From Podarcis liolepis (taxonomy: Eukaryota): a DNA stretch of 64,000 nucleotides. Below are positions 1 to 13,634 of this stretch, one piece after another (within the stretch, counting starts at the first letter, position 1; each line of letters starts with the position of its first letter). The DNA is taken from NCBI GenBank assembly GCA_965112155.1, contig OZ218115.1. One strand, 5' to 3'. A model generated the notes under the pieces. The model was not told where the DNA came from. It did no database searches and worked only from the letters and a program-made list of their open reading frames with translations. The translations under genes were made by a program, and so were the position numbers.

Positions 1-1359
1 ATTATATGGTAGCTCTTGAAGATGGCAACAACTAACAAGAATACTGTGCGGTCCCCCTCTTCTGAAGGAAAGCAGCAGAAGTGGTAATGGTTAGGAGACC
101 AAAGATTAATTAAGGATAAGCAAACTGGATCAAATGTGAATATACTGGCAATGAAACAGCACCAGGAATGATTTGGTTTGAAAAGCCAGGCAGCTGCAAA
201 ACTTCCTGGTGACTTTACTTGGTAGCCAGTCACTAATATCTCAGCCTCACAGCAGCTTTGAGAATAAAATGGGTCAGTGGGAGAAAAATGAGCATATTTA
301 GGAAAGGTGGCATTAAAATGTAATAAATAAAATAACACAGTTGACAGTAAAATAGCAACTAATTGCCTAACACTGAATGACAGCCTGGTTTGTCAATCCA
401 TGCCCTGCCCACCCCACAAAGATGTGATTCTCAGGTCTCAGAACTGAAAATGGAGTCAGATACCAATGTCAATTTTTTTCCTTATTTTATTTTTGTTTTG
501 GGGGGAAAATGAACCACTTAATATAAAAATATATATATTCTGAGCTGTGTACATAAAACAATATGTACCTTATCATACATCTGAAAGGTGATGCTGAAGA
601 GGTCTACACAGTCCCAGAATGGGACTTAATTACTACTTCCCTCTCTTTGGATATTGCACACAAGCTGTTATGAATGTGTTGAAAAGTATGTCAGTTATAA
701 CTAGAATTTTCTAAGTTGACAAATTATGTTAATTACAAAACAGGGAAATTGTAACCCTCAGATACAAGGGGTGATTGAGATCTCAATTAAGTTACTACAC
801 TACTCCAAATAGCCTGTGAGCAGCCAATTGTTTAAGATGTTGCATGTATTTGTAAGTATGTTCTGTAACAAATCTGCAAGCTGTTCTCTAGCAGTGATGG
901 AATATGGGCTGTTGTAAAATAAACCATATTATTTATAAAACATGCATATTACACAGGTGGCCCTTGGACTCCTAATATCATTCATGGCATTTATCTTGAC
1001 CAAAGAAATATAATGCCAGCATTTATAAACTGAACACATTATATGTAACCCTCAGATTCACAACATACCTCTATCATTGCTAGTTTTATAATCAAAATGT
1101 TAACACAGCCTTATAAAATTAACAGAGCGTGCTATCACCAAATTGTTGGAGAGGCTGCGAACATAATTCATCCATTGTGGGAATGCCTTCATGTAACCAG
1201 TTTTTATTGGGGGTGGCATTGGAGCATACAGCAAAAACAATACAGCAAGTTATTCCAAAAAGCCCTTTATTAGCTTTGTTTTTGTTGCTGCTATCGGGTC
1301 ACCACAGGTTATTCTGCAGAGAACTGGTGTTGTTTCTCCAGGCAGTAGCTGGCTGCTTT

Positions 1360-1485
1360 TTCTCAGTCTAACCTGCCTCATAAGGCTGTTGTGTGGAGAA
1401 AATGGGGAGAGTAAAACCATGTACACCACCTTGAACTCCTTTGGAGCAAAAGGTAGGATATAAATTAAATGAATGAATGAATAAG
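1360..1485 (+). mobile_element. Degraded MIR/Ther1-like (CORE) SINE, 3' part
   Basis: CORE-like ctcagtctaacctgcctcataaggctgttgtg followed by an L2-like tail ending in (atga)n; resembles the copies at 2335-2890 and 34310-34490. Confidence 0.55.
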
Positions 1486-2009
1486 GATAGAGATCTCCAA
1501 GCTTTTTGTCACTACTGATACTCCCTTTTACTGCCCCTGACTTCTGTACATATTCTTTCATCTCTACTCTGGCTTCTGTCCTGGATGTCGATATATGTAC
1601 TATCAACTTACACTAAGCTAAGGCTTTGACAACTGCAAATCTACAAAGTATGCATCCACACTACCGTTTCCAATATGGTAGAGGGAAAAGCGGCAGACCA
1701 GTTGTGGCCCAGGTGGATCCAAATTCTGAAACCCCATGCAGAGTCGAAGTGCGAACACTACTTCTGTTCCCTGTACTCAGTATTTCAGCATTTTCCGTGG
1801 CATCGCCTCTTTCCCAGATCTCTTTAGAAAAGAAATGGCCTGAATGGATGCAATATATTTCGCTAAGGATTTATTCAGATGTGTGTGCATCCCTCTACGA
1901 CTCACAGCAGACTGTTGGCTGTACAGTATGTATTAACACAGTTGAAAAGCATTGCAATCAATATGAAAAGAGATGTGTAACTTCTGTTTGAGGTATTATA
2001 TGCCACCTC

Positions 2010-2331
2010 TCCTAAACCTCCGCTGATCCAAACCTCTGCTGCCTTTCTTGATATTGTCAGGAGAAGAAAAGGCAAAGGGGTAAACCCTAAACAAATCCAG
2101 AGAAATCCTAAGAAAGTTGGGTGGTGACTTGTACACCTCCTTCTGGCAACTCTTGCAGCCAAACTGGTGCCAAACATATTGCTCTGCTTTCCTTTGGACC
2201 ACATCAGCAAGGCCAAGAGGGAGTCCAGGACTTCCATATATTTTAGGAAGGTCACTTCAGTGCTGCTAACACAGTGGTTTGACTCTGGAGGTGCACTGCA
2301 TTGTCTCTCGGGACAGATAGACACCAACAAC
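2010..2331 (+). mobile_element. Non-autonomous RTE-derived element, 3' portion
   Basis: Reverse complement aligns by eye to 18280-18525. Ends in cattgtctctcgggacagatagacaccaacaac, an RTE-type 3' terminus. Confidence 0.55.
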
Positions 2332-2334
2332 TAA

Positions 2335-2890
2335 ATGCCACTTTTCCTTCCAAGGAGCTCAAGCTGGTGTACATGGCTCTCCTTGTCCCCATTTTTTCTC
2401 ACAACAACCATGTGAGGTAGGCTGAGAGATGGTGACTGGCCCAAGGTTACCCAATGAGCTTCAACGCTGAGTGAGGGTTTGAACCATCGTATCCCAGGTC
2501 ATGGGACGCGGGTGGCGCTGTGGGTTAAACCACAGAGCCAAGGACTTGCCAATCAGAAGGTCAGCGGTTCGAATCCCCGTGATGGGATGAGCTCCCGTTG
2601 CTCAGTCCCAGCTCCTGCTAACCTAGAAGTTCGAAAGCACTTCAAAGTGCAAGTAGATAAATAGGTACCACTCCAGCGGGAAGATAAACGGCGTTTCCGT
2701 GCGCTGCTCTGGTTGGCCAGAAGCGGCTTAGTCATGCTGGCCACATGACCCGGAAGCTGTACGTCGGCTCCCTCGGCCAATAAAGCGAGATGAGCGCCAC
2801 AACCCCAGAGTCGGCCACGACTGGACCTAATGGTCAAGGGTCCCTTTACCTTTATCCCAGGTCTCAGTCCAATGCTCTAACCATTACACC
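2335..2890 (-). mobile_element. MIR/Ther1-like SINE split by a Sauria SINE insertion
   Basis: CORE (cacaacaaccatgtgaggtagg...gtgactggcccaaggttaccca) and B-box-like ggtttgaacc on the left; resumes after 2863 with tcagtccaatgctctaaccattacacc. Confidence 0.65.
2503..2852 (+). mobile_element. Sauria SINE (Squam1), full length, subfamily 1
   Basis: gggacgcgggtggcgctgtgg head, B box ggttcgaatcc, (ccttta) tail; 11-bp TSD TATCCCAGGTC at 2490-2500 and 2853-2863. Confidence 0.95.
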
Positions 2891-3982
2891 GCTAGCTTTG
2901 AATTACCTAATATTGTGATAATCAAGCAATGAACATCCATTTTTGACTGTTAACCGCTCCCTAGTTGGTCAGTTAGCTGCATTTGATTTAGTCAAAGTTA
3001 AATGTTTCATTTAATATACTCTGGTTTTTTTGTTCTCTCCTCTCCTGTACCACCCAAATCACAAGGTGACTTACAGATACCCTCTGGTACATGGTGCCCA
3101 TTGATTTACTAATAAAACTTTTCAATAAGACAAATACCTATTTTGAAAAGGTGACACTACTGTATTACCACAGAGACAAAAATCAAGGAGACAACATAAC
3201 CAACTTAATTAGGAATACTTCAATGGAAACAAATACAGCACCAGAATAATCACTCAGAATCATCAGACATTCCTGAGAACACACTAATCTAAGAGATATG
3301 TAAAAATATGAAGCAAATCATTTGTAACCTTTTAAAAATGTGCTGAATAATCTCTGCCTTATTTGTCAAGCATGGCGAAGAGAAACAGCCAAAAACAAAC
3401 AAACAAAAAACCTCCATCAAACTAGGTTCTATGTGAAATTTATGCTACCACTAACAATTTGCCTCTGCCATCTAGGTATGTGACTTAGCAATTGAATTAT
3501 TGTTGATTGCTCCAATGTCCAGTCCCTGAAATGTGTGGCCGTTAAGTCTGTGCTTTGACAATAATCTCTGCTAAGCAAATATGTCAATTCCAGCAATTAG
3601 ATACTTTTTATTGTTGCTGCACAATGCCCCAGGCCACGGAGGCTGAAACTTTGTATTAGATAAGCATCTTCAGCTTTTTACTCTATCCTTCAGAATAGTG
3701 TGTGTTTCTTATACATATAGTCACACTCAGAGTAGACTCATCAAAATAAATGGACTTACATAGCAAGTACATTTATTTCAATGAGTCTTCTTTAAGTAGG
3801 ACTACCATGTATAATGGGATATAACCCATTATACATATGCATCTTTTACTGTATAACATATCAAACTAACATATGGATGTGATTCTATTTGCACATGCCA
3901 TAGGAAAATTCTTAACAAGTGATATCCTTTTTAAAATGCATTTTTTAAAAAAACAAAAACTTTTCCACATTCTTGTGCCTTC

Positions 3983-3983
3983 C

Positions 3984-4063
<80 letters not shown>
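3983..4063. repeat. Compound (AAC)n(AAT)n microsatellite
   Basis: Directly visible; it is the tail of the adjacent L2 fragment. Confidence 0.97.
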
Positions 4064-4064
<1 letters not shown>

Positions 4065-4181
4065 TTGTTATTTGTACCTCGCCCATCTGGCTGGGTTTCC
4101 CCATCCACTCTGGGCAGCTTCCATAGAAACCAAAAATACACTAAAATATCACAGATTAAAAACTTCCCTGAACAGGGCTGC
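4064..4181 (-). mobile_element. L2 LINE 3' end fragment
   Basis: gcccatctggctgggtttccccatccactctgggcagcttcc...aaaaacttccctgaacagggctgc matches the lizard L2 3' UTR as I recall it; abuts a (TTA)n tail. Confidence 0.7.
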
Positions 4182-7100
4182 ACACAGGATATATAAGCCA
4201 TACTTCAGCATGTTATGAAAGTGGAACATGGTGGCATACAATATATATACCCTACATCAGGCCCATCCAACCCCCAAGAGACTGTGATCTATTCCCAGTG
4301 TAAAATAAATTGCAGTGATCTACCCATTGTCACTGAGGATTGACAAGAGTTGTTGAGCTTTTTTTGGGGGGGAGAACACAGCTGTTAGCTTCTTTTAAGG
4401 GACAATGGCATGCTTTTATTTTTGACTGCATGTACAGGCTGAAGGAAACAGAAAAGCGCACTGTGATTCATTATGATTCCCCATGGCATGTACGCCAGAT
4501 TATGGCTTGGAGCTAATGATCTGAGCATGTGAGCAGGAAGCACCCTTGTTCACAGAGGGTAATCACACAGATTTTCCTTCTGTCTGCAGCTCATTTTACC
4601 CTCTGAAAAGGAGGTTCCCTGGAGGCAATTTGCAGGAGCCATGAAAGAGGGAGATTGTGGGGGCTAGTCACTTCCATTTGCACATCAGGGCCTTTGGAAA
4701 CAAGCAATTGTGTGTCATGTTGCCGGGATCTAGAGTTAATCACAGTGGGTTGTACACATCCAAGCTTTTATGTAGTCATTAAGTTGTGAGTGGTTCTCAC
4801 CAGAGCCAGTTCTTCATGATACAGAGTCATGAAGGTTCAAAGATATTTGCTCCTATCAGATATACACCTTTTGGTATTTTTCAACACAGCGTAAATCATC
4901 TCAACCGTCTATTATATAGTGCATAGATATGCTGATAATAATTTTGTAAGCGTTATTTTTAATGTGCTCCATCTGAGGTGGGAAACTAAAACAAAAACAT
5001 AAACCCACAGTCTGTTTGCTCTAGGGTACATAGACATCAAACCAGAAAACTCTGGATTAGTCTCACAGAAAATTATGAAGTAACCCAATAGGACCTCTCC
5101 ATCACTCACAACATTAACAGGACTGGGGTACCACTGTTTGACTTGGACCTATGAGAGAAAAAGGATCAAATCACAGCTTAACTTTGGATTCAATTGATGA
5201 CCTAAGAGAAGTGAATGCTTCTTAGTTCCAGTTTCAAATCTATGCAATATGAACATGAATTAATTGGCAATAAAAATAAGGAAATGAAGTATTTGGCATG
5301 TTAAAATGGTTATATAAATGAATATGTTGGACACATTGGTAATGCACAGTTATGCAGTTTTAATTAATAGAACAGGAAAACAGTTGCTTTGCTGTTCTGC
5401 TGGGAATGTTGGAGTTTCTGGAAGAGCACCCCGGAATCTAGAAAACTTAGCTATTTCACTAAACTAAAGGCATTTCAAACATTTACTGATACTGGCCCAA
5501 CCAAACTCTAATAAATGTCTGGTTTAATGCAGCTGTGCATTGCTCCAGAAATATCCCACAGCTTATTGACATTGACATATAACTTTCATAAAAGTAATTC
5601 TAAGAGAACACAATGGTGCCACAATTTTGCACCATGAATTTCGAGCTATTTATTTATTTATCTGTTTGTTTGTTTGTTTTCTATACCGCCCTATACCCAA
5701 AGGTCTCATGCGAGCCACTTGTAAGAAGTTTCCCAAACAAGATGTTTCACTTAACTTTCACAAGGGAATCTGGAGGATACATCATGCTATGCTGAAATAC
5801 TAATAAGTAGCCTGCCTTCAGATTCATCAAATCTTAGGCATGGCAGAGCCTTTCTTCTATTTAATGTGCAAATGACTTTAAATTAAATGTCGGGGGGAGC
5901 TCAGGACGTAAGTTAATAGGAAGGGAAGGCTTGTATCCAAAAAGTGAGCTGCAATATAACTTTGCCAAAAGATTAAAACTAAAACTGAATATACAAATGC
6001 TCTTGTTTTTCAATTATATTTTGTATTTTTTTATTAGCAATTACTAAATAATCAGCAACCACCAGCATTTATAAATTCATTAAACAAGCAGACAACAGAT
6101 GGCAAGCTTGTTGTAGGGATGCATTTTTCTCTTGGGTTCACCAAGCTGCTCTGATTCTTTTTATATAGTTATTTTAATCTCATGCTGAGCATTCTCCACA
6201 TCCTAGAAAAATGTTATTTTTTTAGAGAAAGAAATAGCATTCGTTTCATAAGCCAAAGGTACAAAAGGAAAGAAAATGCTCACATCGTTGTGCAGGTTTG
6301 CTCAATATTATTGAAACAATCAAATTCAGCTGCACTGCTATTCAATTTTTATGCTTTTTAATTAAGGCAATAATTTACTGGACACCAGACGCTAATATCT
6401 CCTTTGTGCTTATTGGCAAAAAAGTATCCTAAATTTATAATACCGGGATTGTATCCAGTGATCTGTCTTTTAGTTATTTAGAACATTTTCCTGTTAGGTC
6501 ATTATTTATTGATGTATCACTGTATCCTCTTCATTATCTCTTCTTTTAGATCAATAAATTTAATATTAATTCCTTCAGTTTAATGATGTGCCAGATTTGT
6601 GGTATGTAAGAAATCCTCAGTAAATCAATGCTGATGGACCTTTTTTTTTTAGACCCTCTTCATTCTGAGGTCAAGGCAAACCTTTCTAATAGCAACCGTG
6701 GGAATTGGCCACTTATTCAGCTGAGTTAGCCTACATCTAAAACCTAGACCACCTTGAAAACTACACTGCATTCCAGCAATAAAAAGCATGCAACCTTATT
6801 TAACTTTTGTCTGAAAAGCAAGTTGTCCATTACACTTATATTGCAAAGAATGCCACTCCTGCTCTTTAGCATGGGTGAATTTGCCATCTTCTTGAAATAA
6901 GATGTGCATTGGTGTCTCCACTGGGGATGGGGTCTTGTGGATCACAGGGCAGGAGTCCCCAATAGGAGGGGGTGATCAAGCTGCTATTTAAGTCTGCTTC
7001 CACTCCTCCATCACTTTATCATTTGCAGGCAGGGAAGAGAGAGCTGTGTGTATTTGCTCTGTTAAGATAAGAAGACTTTGAGCATGTGTCATGGCCTGCC

Positions 7101-7321
7101 TTGCTGATCTTGGTTTCTCTAGAGGCTTCAGCTGGGCACAGCCTTGCTACAAAAAATGCCCACTGCCTGCCTGCTCTAAGGGACCTTGTCTTTCCAGGAG
7201 TCCATGCATAAATACCTATTTCCCAAGACTGAGGCTTTCTCTTATGTACCTTTTTCCAGGATAGGTAAGAGCTTGTTCCTTCCTTGCATCTTTCTCCCTT
7301 CCTCCATTGTAGTGCAAGCAT

Positions 7322-7772
7322 GTTGTTGTTGTTGTTTAGTCATGTCCAACTCTTCGTGACCCCATGGACCAAAGCACGCCAGGCACTCCTGTCTTCCATT
7401 GCCTCCCACAGTTTGGTCAAACTCATGTTTATAGCTTCAAGAACACTGTCCAACCATCTCGTCCTCTGTCGTCCCCTTCTCCTTGTGCCCTCCATCTTTC
7501 CCAACATCAGGGTCTTTTCCAGGGAGTCTTCTCTTCTCATGAGGTGGCCAAAGTATTGGAGCCTCAGCTTCAGGATCTGTCCTTCCAGTGAGCTCTCAGG
7601 GCTGGTTTCCTTCACAATGGGTAGGTTTGATCTTCTTGCAGTCCATGTCTCCTCCAGCACCATAATTCAAAAGCATCAATTCATCGGCAATCAGCCTTCT
7701 CTATGGTCCAGCTCTCACTTCCATACATCACTACTGGGGAAACCATAGCTTTAACTATACGGACCTTTGTCG
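7322..7772 (-). mobile_element. BovB (RTE) LINE, 5'-truncated 3' fragment
   Basis: Translates to ...LEGQILKLRLQYFGHLMRREDSLEKTLMLGKMEGTRRRGRQRTRWLD..., the BovB ORF C-terminus; (CAA)n tail; TSD GCAAGCAT at 7314-7321 and 7773-7780. Confidence 0.95.
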
Positions 7773-8149
7773 GCAAGCATACATTAAGTATTAAAAGGAA
7801 GATTTTTAGCCCAATCCCACCACCATTCCCAGAGGGGATGTTTCTGGCTGGGGAGGTAAGCAGTCAGGGGACTCAACCCAGGTTGCATGCTATCATTGAA
7901 AGTTAACTTACTACTCAATATTGCTATGTGTTTTGTTTCTTTGAAAATTGGATTTTCTGCATTGGGTGGTTATAGTTGATCCAAATGTGCTCACTGGCCT
8001 GTTGGCATTCTGTTACTCTTTCTGTTTACAATACACTTGCCTCCTTTTTTTGCATTCCAATAGCTTTATCCTGAACAGCTTTCTTGTTGAAGTCCACTCA
8101 CAATGTGCCCACCCATGGGAACAAAGGCCCACCATACAAAGTTGAAGAA

Positions 8150-8545
8150 ACTGGTCACGACAACATAAACTGACCACAACCTTATTGATTTCAGATGTAG
8201 GTAAACTTTGGCATAGTCACTGGGCGTGTATCCCTCTTGGCCCCGTGTTGGAGGACTGAGGCATTACAGGGTCAATTCTGGGATGCTAGGTCCATCACAA
8301 GATGCAGTTCTACATGGGTGGCCCTCCCATGCCACAGGAGGAAGCTCTATGGCTCTATGACCCATCTGCTGATCACTCTGGTTTTCTGGACAGAGACTTC
8401 CTACTAGGCACCTCTAACAGGGTACCTGTGATCCCACCGCTGCAAGATAGAAAGTAGACTAAAGGATTCCGCCCAATGCCTAATCCTCGAAAGTTGTGAT
8501 TATTGCTATGAGGAAGGCAGAACTTGCACAAAGGGAAAATTCAGA
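8150..8545 (-). mobile_element. Diverged copy D of the LTR-like/Ngaro-like repeat
   Basis: Reverse complement contains gccttcctcatagcaataatcacaactttcgaggattaggcattgg and aatcaataaggttgtggtc, both shared with the copies at 36843, 55290 and 62660. Confidence 0.6.
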
Positions 8546-8549
8546 GCTT

Positions 8550-9277
8550 TTTGCATCTGTTTTGGCCCACATTAGAGAAAACTCTGGGAAAGTGGTTCAT
8601 GACTGATGACATTAAGTCGGTGGGGTTGTTCTTATGTACATAATTTTTGCAAAGTGATTATAAGAGATATAGGCCTGATGTTAGGCTGCGAGGTGTCAAT
8701 AGAGCCAAAGTTATGCTTATTGTCAGTGTTTGTAAACAACTCACTGTTTATCTCTTGATAGCTGCCTGTTTGGTTATATCTCAAAGCTGGAAAGGTACTT
8801 CTAACTTTCCTTTGGACAATTGGTTCAAAAAGGCTTTATTCATCACCATTTCTGATAAATTAACCCATCATTTGTGAATTACTGGGGTTGATGCTAAGAC
8901 ATTGCTGCCATTTGATAGCACTTCATGGCTTATATGACCAGAAAACTGCATGGCTAGCACATTCTGTTAAAATATGATTTTATTTAGAGAGGTTTATGAC
9001 TAAAATACAATGCGCCTTCTTGTCTTTGGTTTAATAGTTCTACCTGAACTATTTTTTGTACAAGATAACCTAGTCCCGTCCCCCCCCCCCATACCTGGAT
9101 GCCCTTTTATCAAATGAAATGTTAGTCTATTCTACCTGGTCTCATGATGAAACACTTTGTATTGATCCTTCTGTTTTGCTTTTGCTCCTTTACTTGAACT
9201 ATTTTCTTTTTGAACACTCTTTGTATTTGGGTTCATTTCAATACAATAAAAAAAGTTAAAAAGAAAAAAAGAAAAGC
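8550..9277 (+). mobile_element. L1-clade LINE 3' fragment
   Basis: ORF 8647-8877 (LLIAACLVISQSWK...LDNWFKK...DKLT) resembles the non-mammalian L1 ORF2 C-terminus; AT-rich UTR, then AATAAA and an A-rich tail at ~9246-9275. Confidence 0.65.
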
Positions 9278-10982
9278 TTAATTGACGCCCCCCCCCCAGG
9301 CATTATAAGGTTAATGTCACTATTTTTTCTCTTTCCCTTTTAAAGGACACTCTTAAGTCACCTTCCACAACCTTTGGCTTCGGAGAACATGGGAGATGTT
9401 TGTTATGTCTGGTGTGCACACCAGTGAATGCTTGGCCTGGATGCCCATGCCTGGTTCATATACCCAAGGCTTTCTTCATATACATTAATTCAAACCCATC
9501 TGCCCACACTTACAGAATTGTTTGACCGATCTTCTAATGTTGGAACGAATATGACATTTTTACCATTTGTTTGTTTGATGAGTCTTCTTCCAGGGTGAAC
9601 TGGCAATGAGTCTTTGTTTCCCAATATGATGTCCAGTGTTATTCATACAGAGTACACTCATTGGAAGCAAAGTACAAGTACATTAATTTCAATGGGTTTG
9701 CTCTGAGTATGACTAATGTTGGATATCAGTCAGTGTGTTTGCAAGTGGCTGCCCAGTGTCCTGTTGTCTTTCGTGGTGGCTGACCCTGTTTCCATGAGCT
9801 GTGTTTTCCACCCCTGCTCCCCCCACCTTCATAAGAATAATGTAAAAGGAAAAGGAAAGCGCTTGTAACAGCATCAAAATTCATTAATTATTCTATTAAT
9901 TTACAAGTCATCCAGCACAAGTCATCAAATGTGCATACCTTTGTGTTCTATTTTTCGCCACATACATCTTTTTCATAATATAAATTATGAGCAAAAAGTG
10001 GCTGACTAATCTGAATTTCTCAATTTATTCATGTTCAATAAAAAGCTATTCATCAGCTTAAACTCTGCTGCGAGTTCAAATCAAATCTAACCCACTTGGG
10101 AGAAAACAAAATTGCTCTTCTTCCCCAGCACATCAGCTGTGGGAAAAGATAAACAGATTTCCAAGGAGATCCAAATTCTGAAATATCGGTGTATTCTCCA
10201 GCAGGTTTTAATTTGCAATCCTAAACACCCTTACTTAGAAGTAAGCCGCACTGAACACAGTGGGATTTACTTCCAAGACAACATGCATAGATTGTGCAGT
10301 TGCTATTAAAAAACAAAAGTATTTTAAGTCTGTTATGGAGACTATATATAAACTACTACTCACAAGTTAACAGAAATTTGCAATATATATATTTGTTTTA
10401 TATATATAAGGTCTTAATGTGGAGATCGTAAATTTCATTTCTATTTGATAAATAGCTTCACTTTGATCAAGCATCAGTTGCCTAGGCAGTAATATTGTTA
10501 TGTCTGCTTAATGTTATTCAGACTCCTTCCTACCCTGCTTCCTCTGTAATTTTATAAAGCAGCAGATGATATAATATATACAATTAATATTTAAAAGGTG
10601 CATCCAATGGAGAGTGCCACCTGGTTGCACTGAAGGAACATGGAGGCAAATAAAGAACTTTTCCATACAAAAAGTCTACATTACAAGAAACATCTAAAAT
10701 GGCAGATACTACCCTCAGTTAGAAACATACCCTTGGACTATGATATCGTACTTACAAGGGTTTTTGACTGATTAGGAACAGTTAACTTGTTTATTTTTTA
10801 ATTAGAAAAGGGCTACATCGGGCTACTCACATTTGTTTTCCAAACCGTTTTATAGCACACAAGATAAAGTGAAACACATCCCCAGAAACATTTGAAATAC
10901 TGCTGCATAATTCAGTTTGCGGCCCTTTATGGAGAAAGCACACAACACCTGCATTTGAAAAATTTTGGCTTTCTCTTATTAG

Positions 10983-11336
10983 GTAAAGGCAAAGGGACCC
11001 CTGACCATTAGGTCCAGTCGTGACCGACTCGGGGGTTGCGGAGCTCATCTCGCTTTATTGGCCGAGGGAGCCGGCGTACAGCTTCCGGGTCATGTGGCCA
11101 GCATGACTAAGCTGCTTCTGGCGAACCAGAGCAGCGCACAGAAAAGCCGTTTACCTTCCCACCGGAGTGGTGCCTATTTATCTACTTGCACTTTGACGTG
11201 TTCTTGAACTGCTAGGTTGGCAGGAGCAGGGACGGAGCAATGGGAGCTCACTCCATCGTGGGGATTTGAAGCACTGACCTTCTGATCGGCAAGTCCTAGG
11301 CTCTGTGGTTTAACCCACAGCGCCACCCGCGTTCCC
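10983..11336 (-). mobile_element. Sauria SINE, full length, subfamily 1
   Basis: Inverse match to 2503-2852; 13-bp TSD TTTCTCTTATTAG at 10970-10982 and 11338-11350. Confidence 0.95.
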
Positions 11337-11352
11337 TTTTCTCTTATTAGCC

Positions 11353-11815
11353 ACTAGCTAATAAGGAGTACCCACTGCTGCCCAGGATTTTTTAGAAACC
11401 AAAAAATATTGTGATCTTTAACTGGATAGTGTAATTTGTGAGTTTGGACCCATTCTGCCAAAATTCAGGCGATGTCACGACAAAGTCACATTTTGGTCCA
11501 CCATATTTATTGAAATCGACACCTAGTGTCCAAATACCAATGAAGTCTATTTCCCCCACCTTTGGAACTCTCATGTCAAATTTCCTGACAATATCTCAAG
11601 AGCCAGCCGAACCTATGCCAAAAGACAGGTACAGTGACACCACAGTCACATTTTGGTCCTCCATCTTGAATCAATATGGCACCTGGAACCAAAATTTTGA
11701 TGTAGGACCCCCCCCCCACCTCGGGAACCCTCACCCTGAGTTTGGCAACAATATATTGAGAGGTGGCTGAAACCATGTCAAAAATGGGCAGAAGTGAAGT
11801 TTAAAGGCACTAGGA
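11353..11815. mobile_element. Unclassified repeat, possibly Helitron-like, with an internal ~160-bp degenerate tandem duplication
   Basis: agtcacattttggtcc...cccccacct..ggaac.ctca occurs twice about 160 bp apart; actag near both ends. Confidence 0.35.
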
Positions 11816-11860
11816 TAACAAGTGTTATTTAAATATAAATTTTTACCTTAAAATGTGAGG

Positions 11861-11904
11861 CTTCTTCTTCTTCTTCTTCTTCTTCTTTTTTTTTTTTTTT
11901 TTTT
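11861..11904. repeat. (CTT)n plus poly(T) microsatellite
   Basis: Directly visible. Confidence 0.9.
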
Positions 11905-12041
11905 GTTAACCAAATGGATGGAGAGCAAGTAAGTATATTTAGTGAAGAAAATTTTGTAATGTATTGGTAAAAAGTTAGTATCCAGAATACAGCTCTTTGT
12001 TTTATGCCACCCTATAGGATTTAATCATATATAACAATATA

Positions 12042-12270
12042 CAGCGGTACCTCGGGTTAAGAACTTAATTCCGGAGGTCTGTTCTTAACCTGAAACTATT
12101 CTTAACCTGAGGCACCACTTTAGCTAATGGGGCCTCCCGCTGCCGCTGCACCGCCGGAGCACAATTACTGTTCTCATCCTGAAGCAAAGTTCTTAACCCG
12201 AGGTACTATTTCTGGCTTAGCGGAGTCTGTAACCTGAAGTGTATGTAACCTGAAGCGTATGGTACCACTG
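12042..12270. mobile_element. Tc1/mariner (pogo/Tigger-like) MITE
   Basis: TIR CAGCGGTACC/GGTACCACTG, TA on both sides; near-identical to 50136-50374. Confidence 0.9.
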
Positions 12271-13280
12271 TAGTTGCATTAAGCAAGGTATCAAGTTTGT
12301 TTATCGTTAAAGTGCAATTAAAAATCAGTGTCCACCAATGGTTCCTTATACTGTGATTGGCTGGGAAATTAGAAGTCCTACCATTTGGGTATCATACAAG
12401 GGAACAAATTTTGTAACAGCTCAATTAGATTGTGAGGATCACACTGCAAAGTAGCTTAAATATCTATATCACTCCACAAGATATCCTAGGTAGGATATTT
12501 TCTGAAAACAACTTGTATATAAACTGGTCTGAGCTTCCATTTAGCAGAGTTTCAAGGTTTCAACAGAATCTAAACCTGCACCATTTTTTTATAAGCTACT
12601 TGATAAGAAAAGCATGATTCACACTGTTTGTAGAGTAGCAGGAGTTTAACAGAAAAGACTTTGTGCAACATGAGTATGGAATATCTAACCTGGATATATC
12701 AACTCAAAGTGTTTTGTTGCAAAGCTTACAATTGTAACGACACAAAGCCCTCATTTTCTGCCCAAACCTTTTTCTTCTTTAGAATGAATTTGTAAAACCT
12801 ATTGTGAAGATATACTGAGGACAGATAGGGGATGCTTTTGTTGTTACTATAAGAGATACGGCAAGTTACCCTCACAAGCAATATCCCTAAATATAATGTA
12901 TATAAATCCACCATTATTTATAATAACAATTATTTTCTTTCTCCTCTTGGGCTACATCCCTTTGTTTTCTTTGGCATTGCTTTAATAAAGAAGTTAAATA
13001 AGCAAGAGATCTCTAAGGGGAGATACTGCCCAGGTAACAAGCTACAGTATTGACAGCCTTGTAAGACTCTTTGATTACCTTTTGTCTTCAACTATTGATC
13101 TGTTGTCTTCTAAATGCTTCCTCCCTGTGCGCCATCCTCACATGTCACCTCACTATAAAAACTGACAGCAAGGGATACAGCACTTCAAAAAGAAGATAGC
13201 TGCAAGTGATTGCAGTGTTTCATTAAGTAAGATTTTGTTCTCTTAATTTAGGCATGGGAACTGATGCTATTCACTATTAA

Positions 13281-13634
13281 AGGTAAAGGTAAAGGTACCC
13301 CTGCCCGTACGGGCCAGTTTTAAGACTCTAGGGTTGTGCACTCATCTTACTCTAGAGGCCAGGAGCCAGCGCTGTCCGCAGACACTTCCGGGTCACGTGG
13401 CCAGCGTAACGAAGCTACTCTGGCGAGCCTGAGCCGCACACGGAAACGCCGTTTACCTTCCCACTAGTAAGCGGTCCCTGTTTATCTACTTGCACCTGGG
13501 GGTGCTTTCGAACTGCTAGGTTGGCAGGCGCTGGGACCGAGCAACGGGAGTGCACCCCGCCGCGGGGATTCGAACTGCCGACCATGTGATCGGCAAGTCC
13601 TAGGTGCTGAGGTTTTACCCACAGCACCACCCGC
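13281..13634 (-). mobile_element. Sauria SINE, subfamily 2
   Basis: aggtaaaggtaaaggtacccctgcccgtacgggccag tail; TSD ACTATTAA at 13273-13280 and 13637-13644. Confidence 0.93.

Noticed and set aside
3722-3803. Imperfect palindrome (similar one at 9643-9725) as a miRNA hairpin
   Set aside because: Recurs as a dispersed degenerate repeat; more simply an ancient MITE remnant
3866-4218. ORFs with poly-Leu, poly-Asn and poly-Thr/Ile runs
   Set aside because: Translations of the (AAC)n(AAT)n microsatellite tail of an L2 fragment
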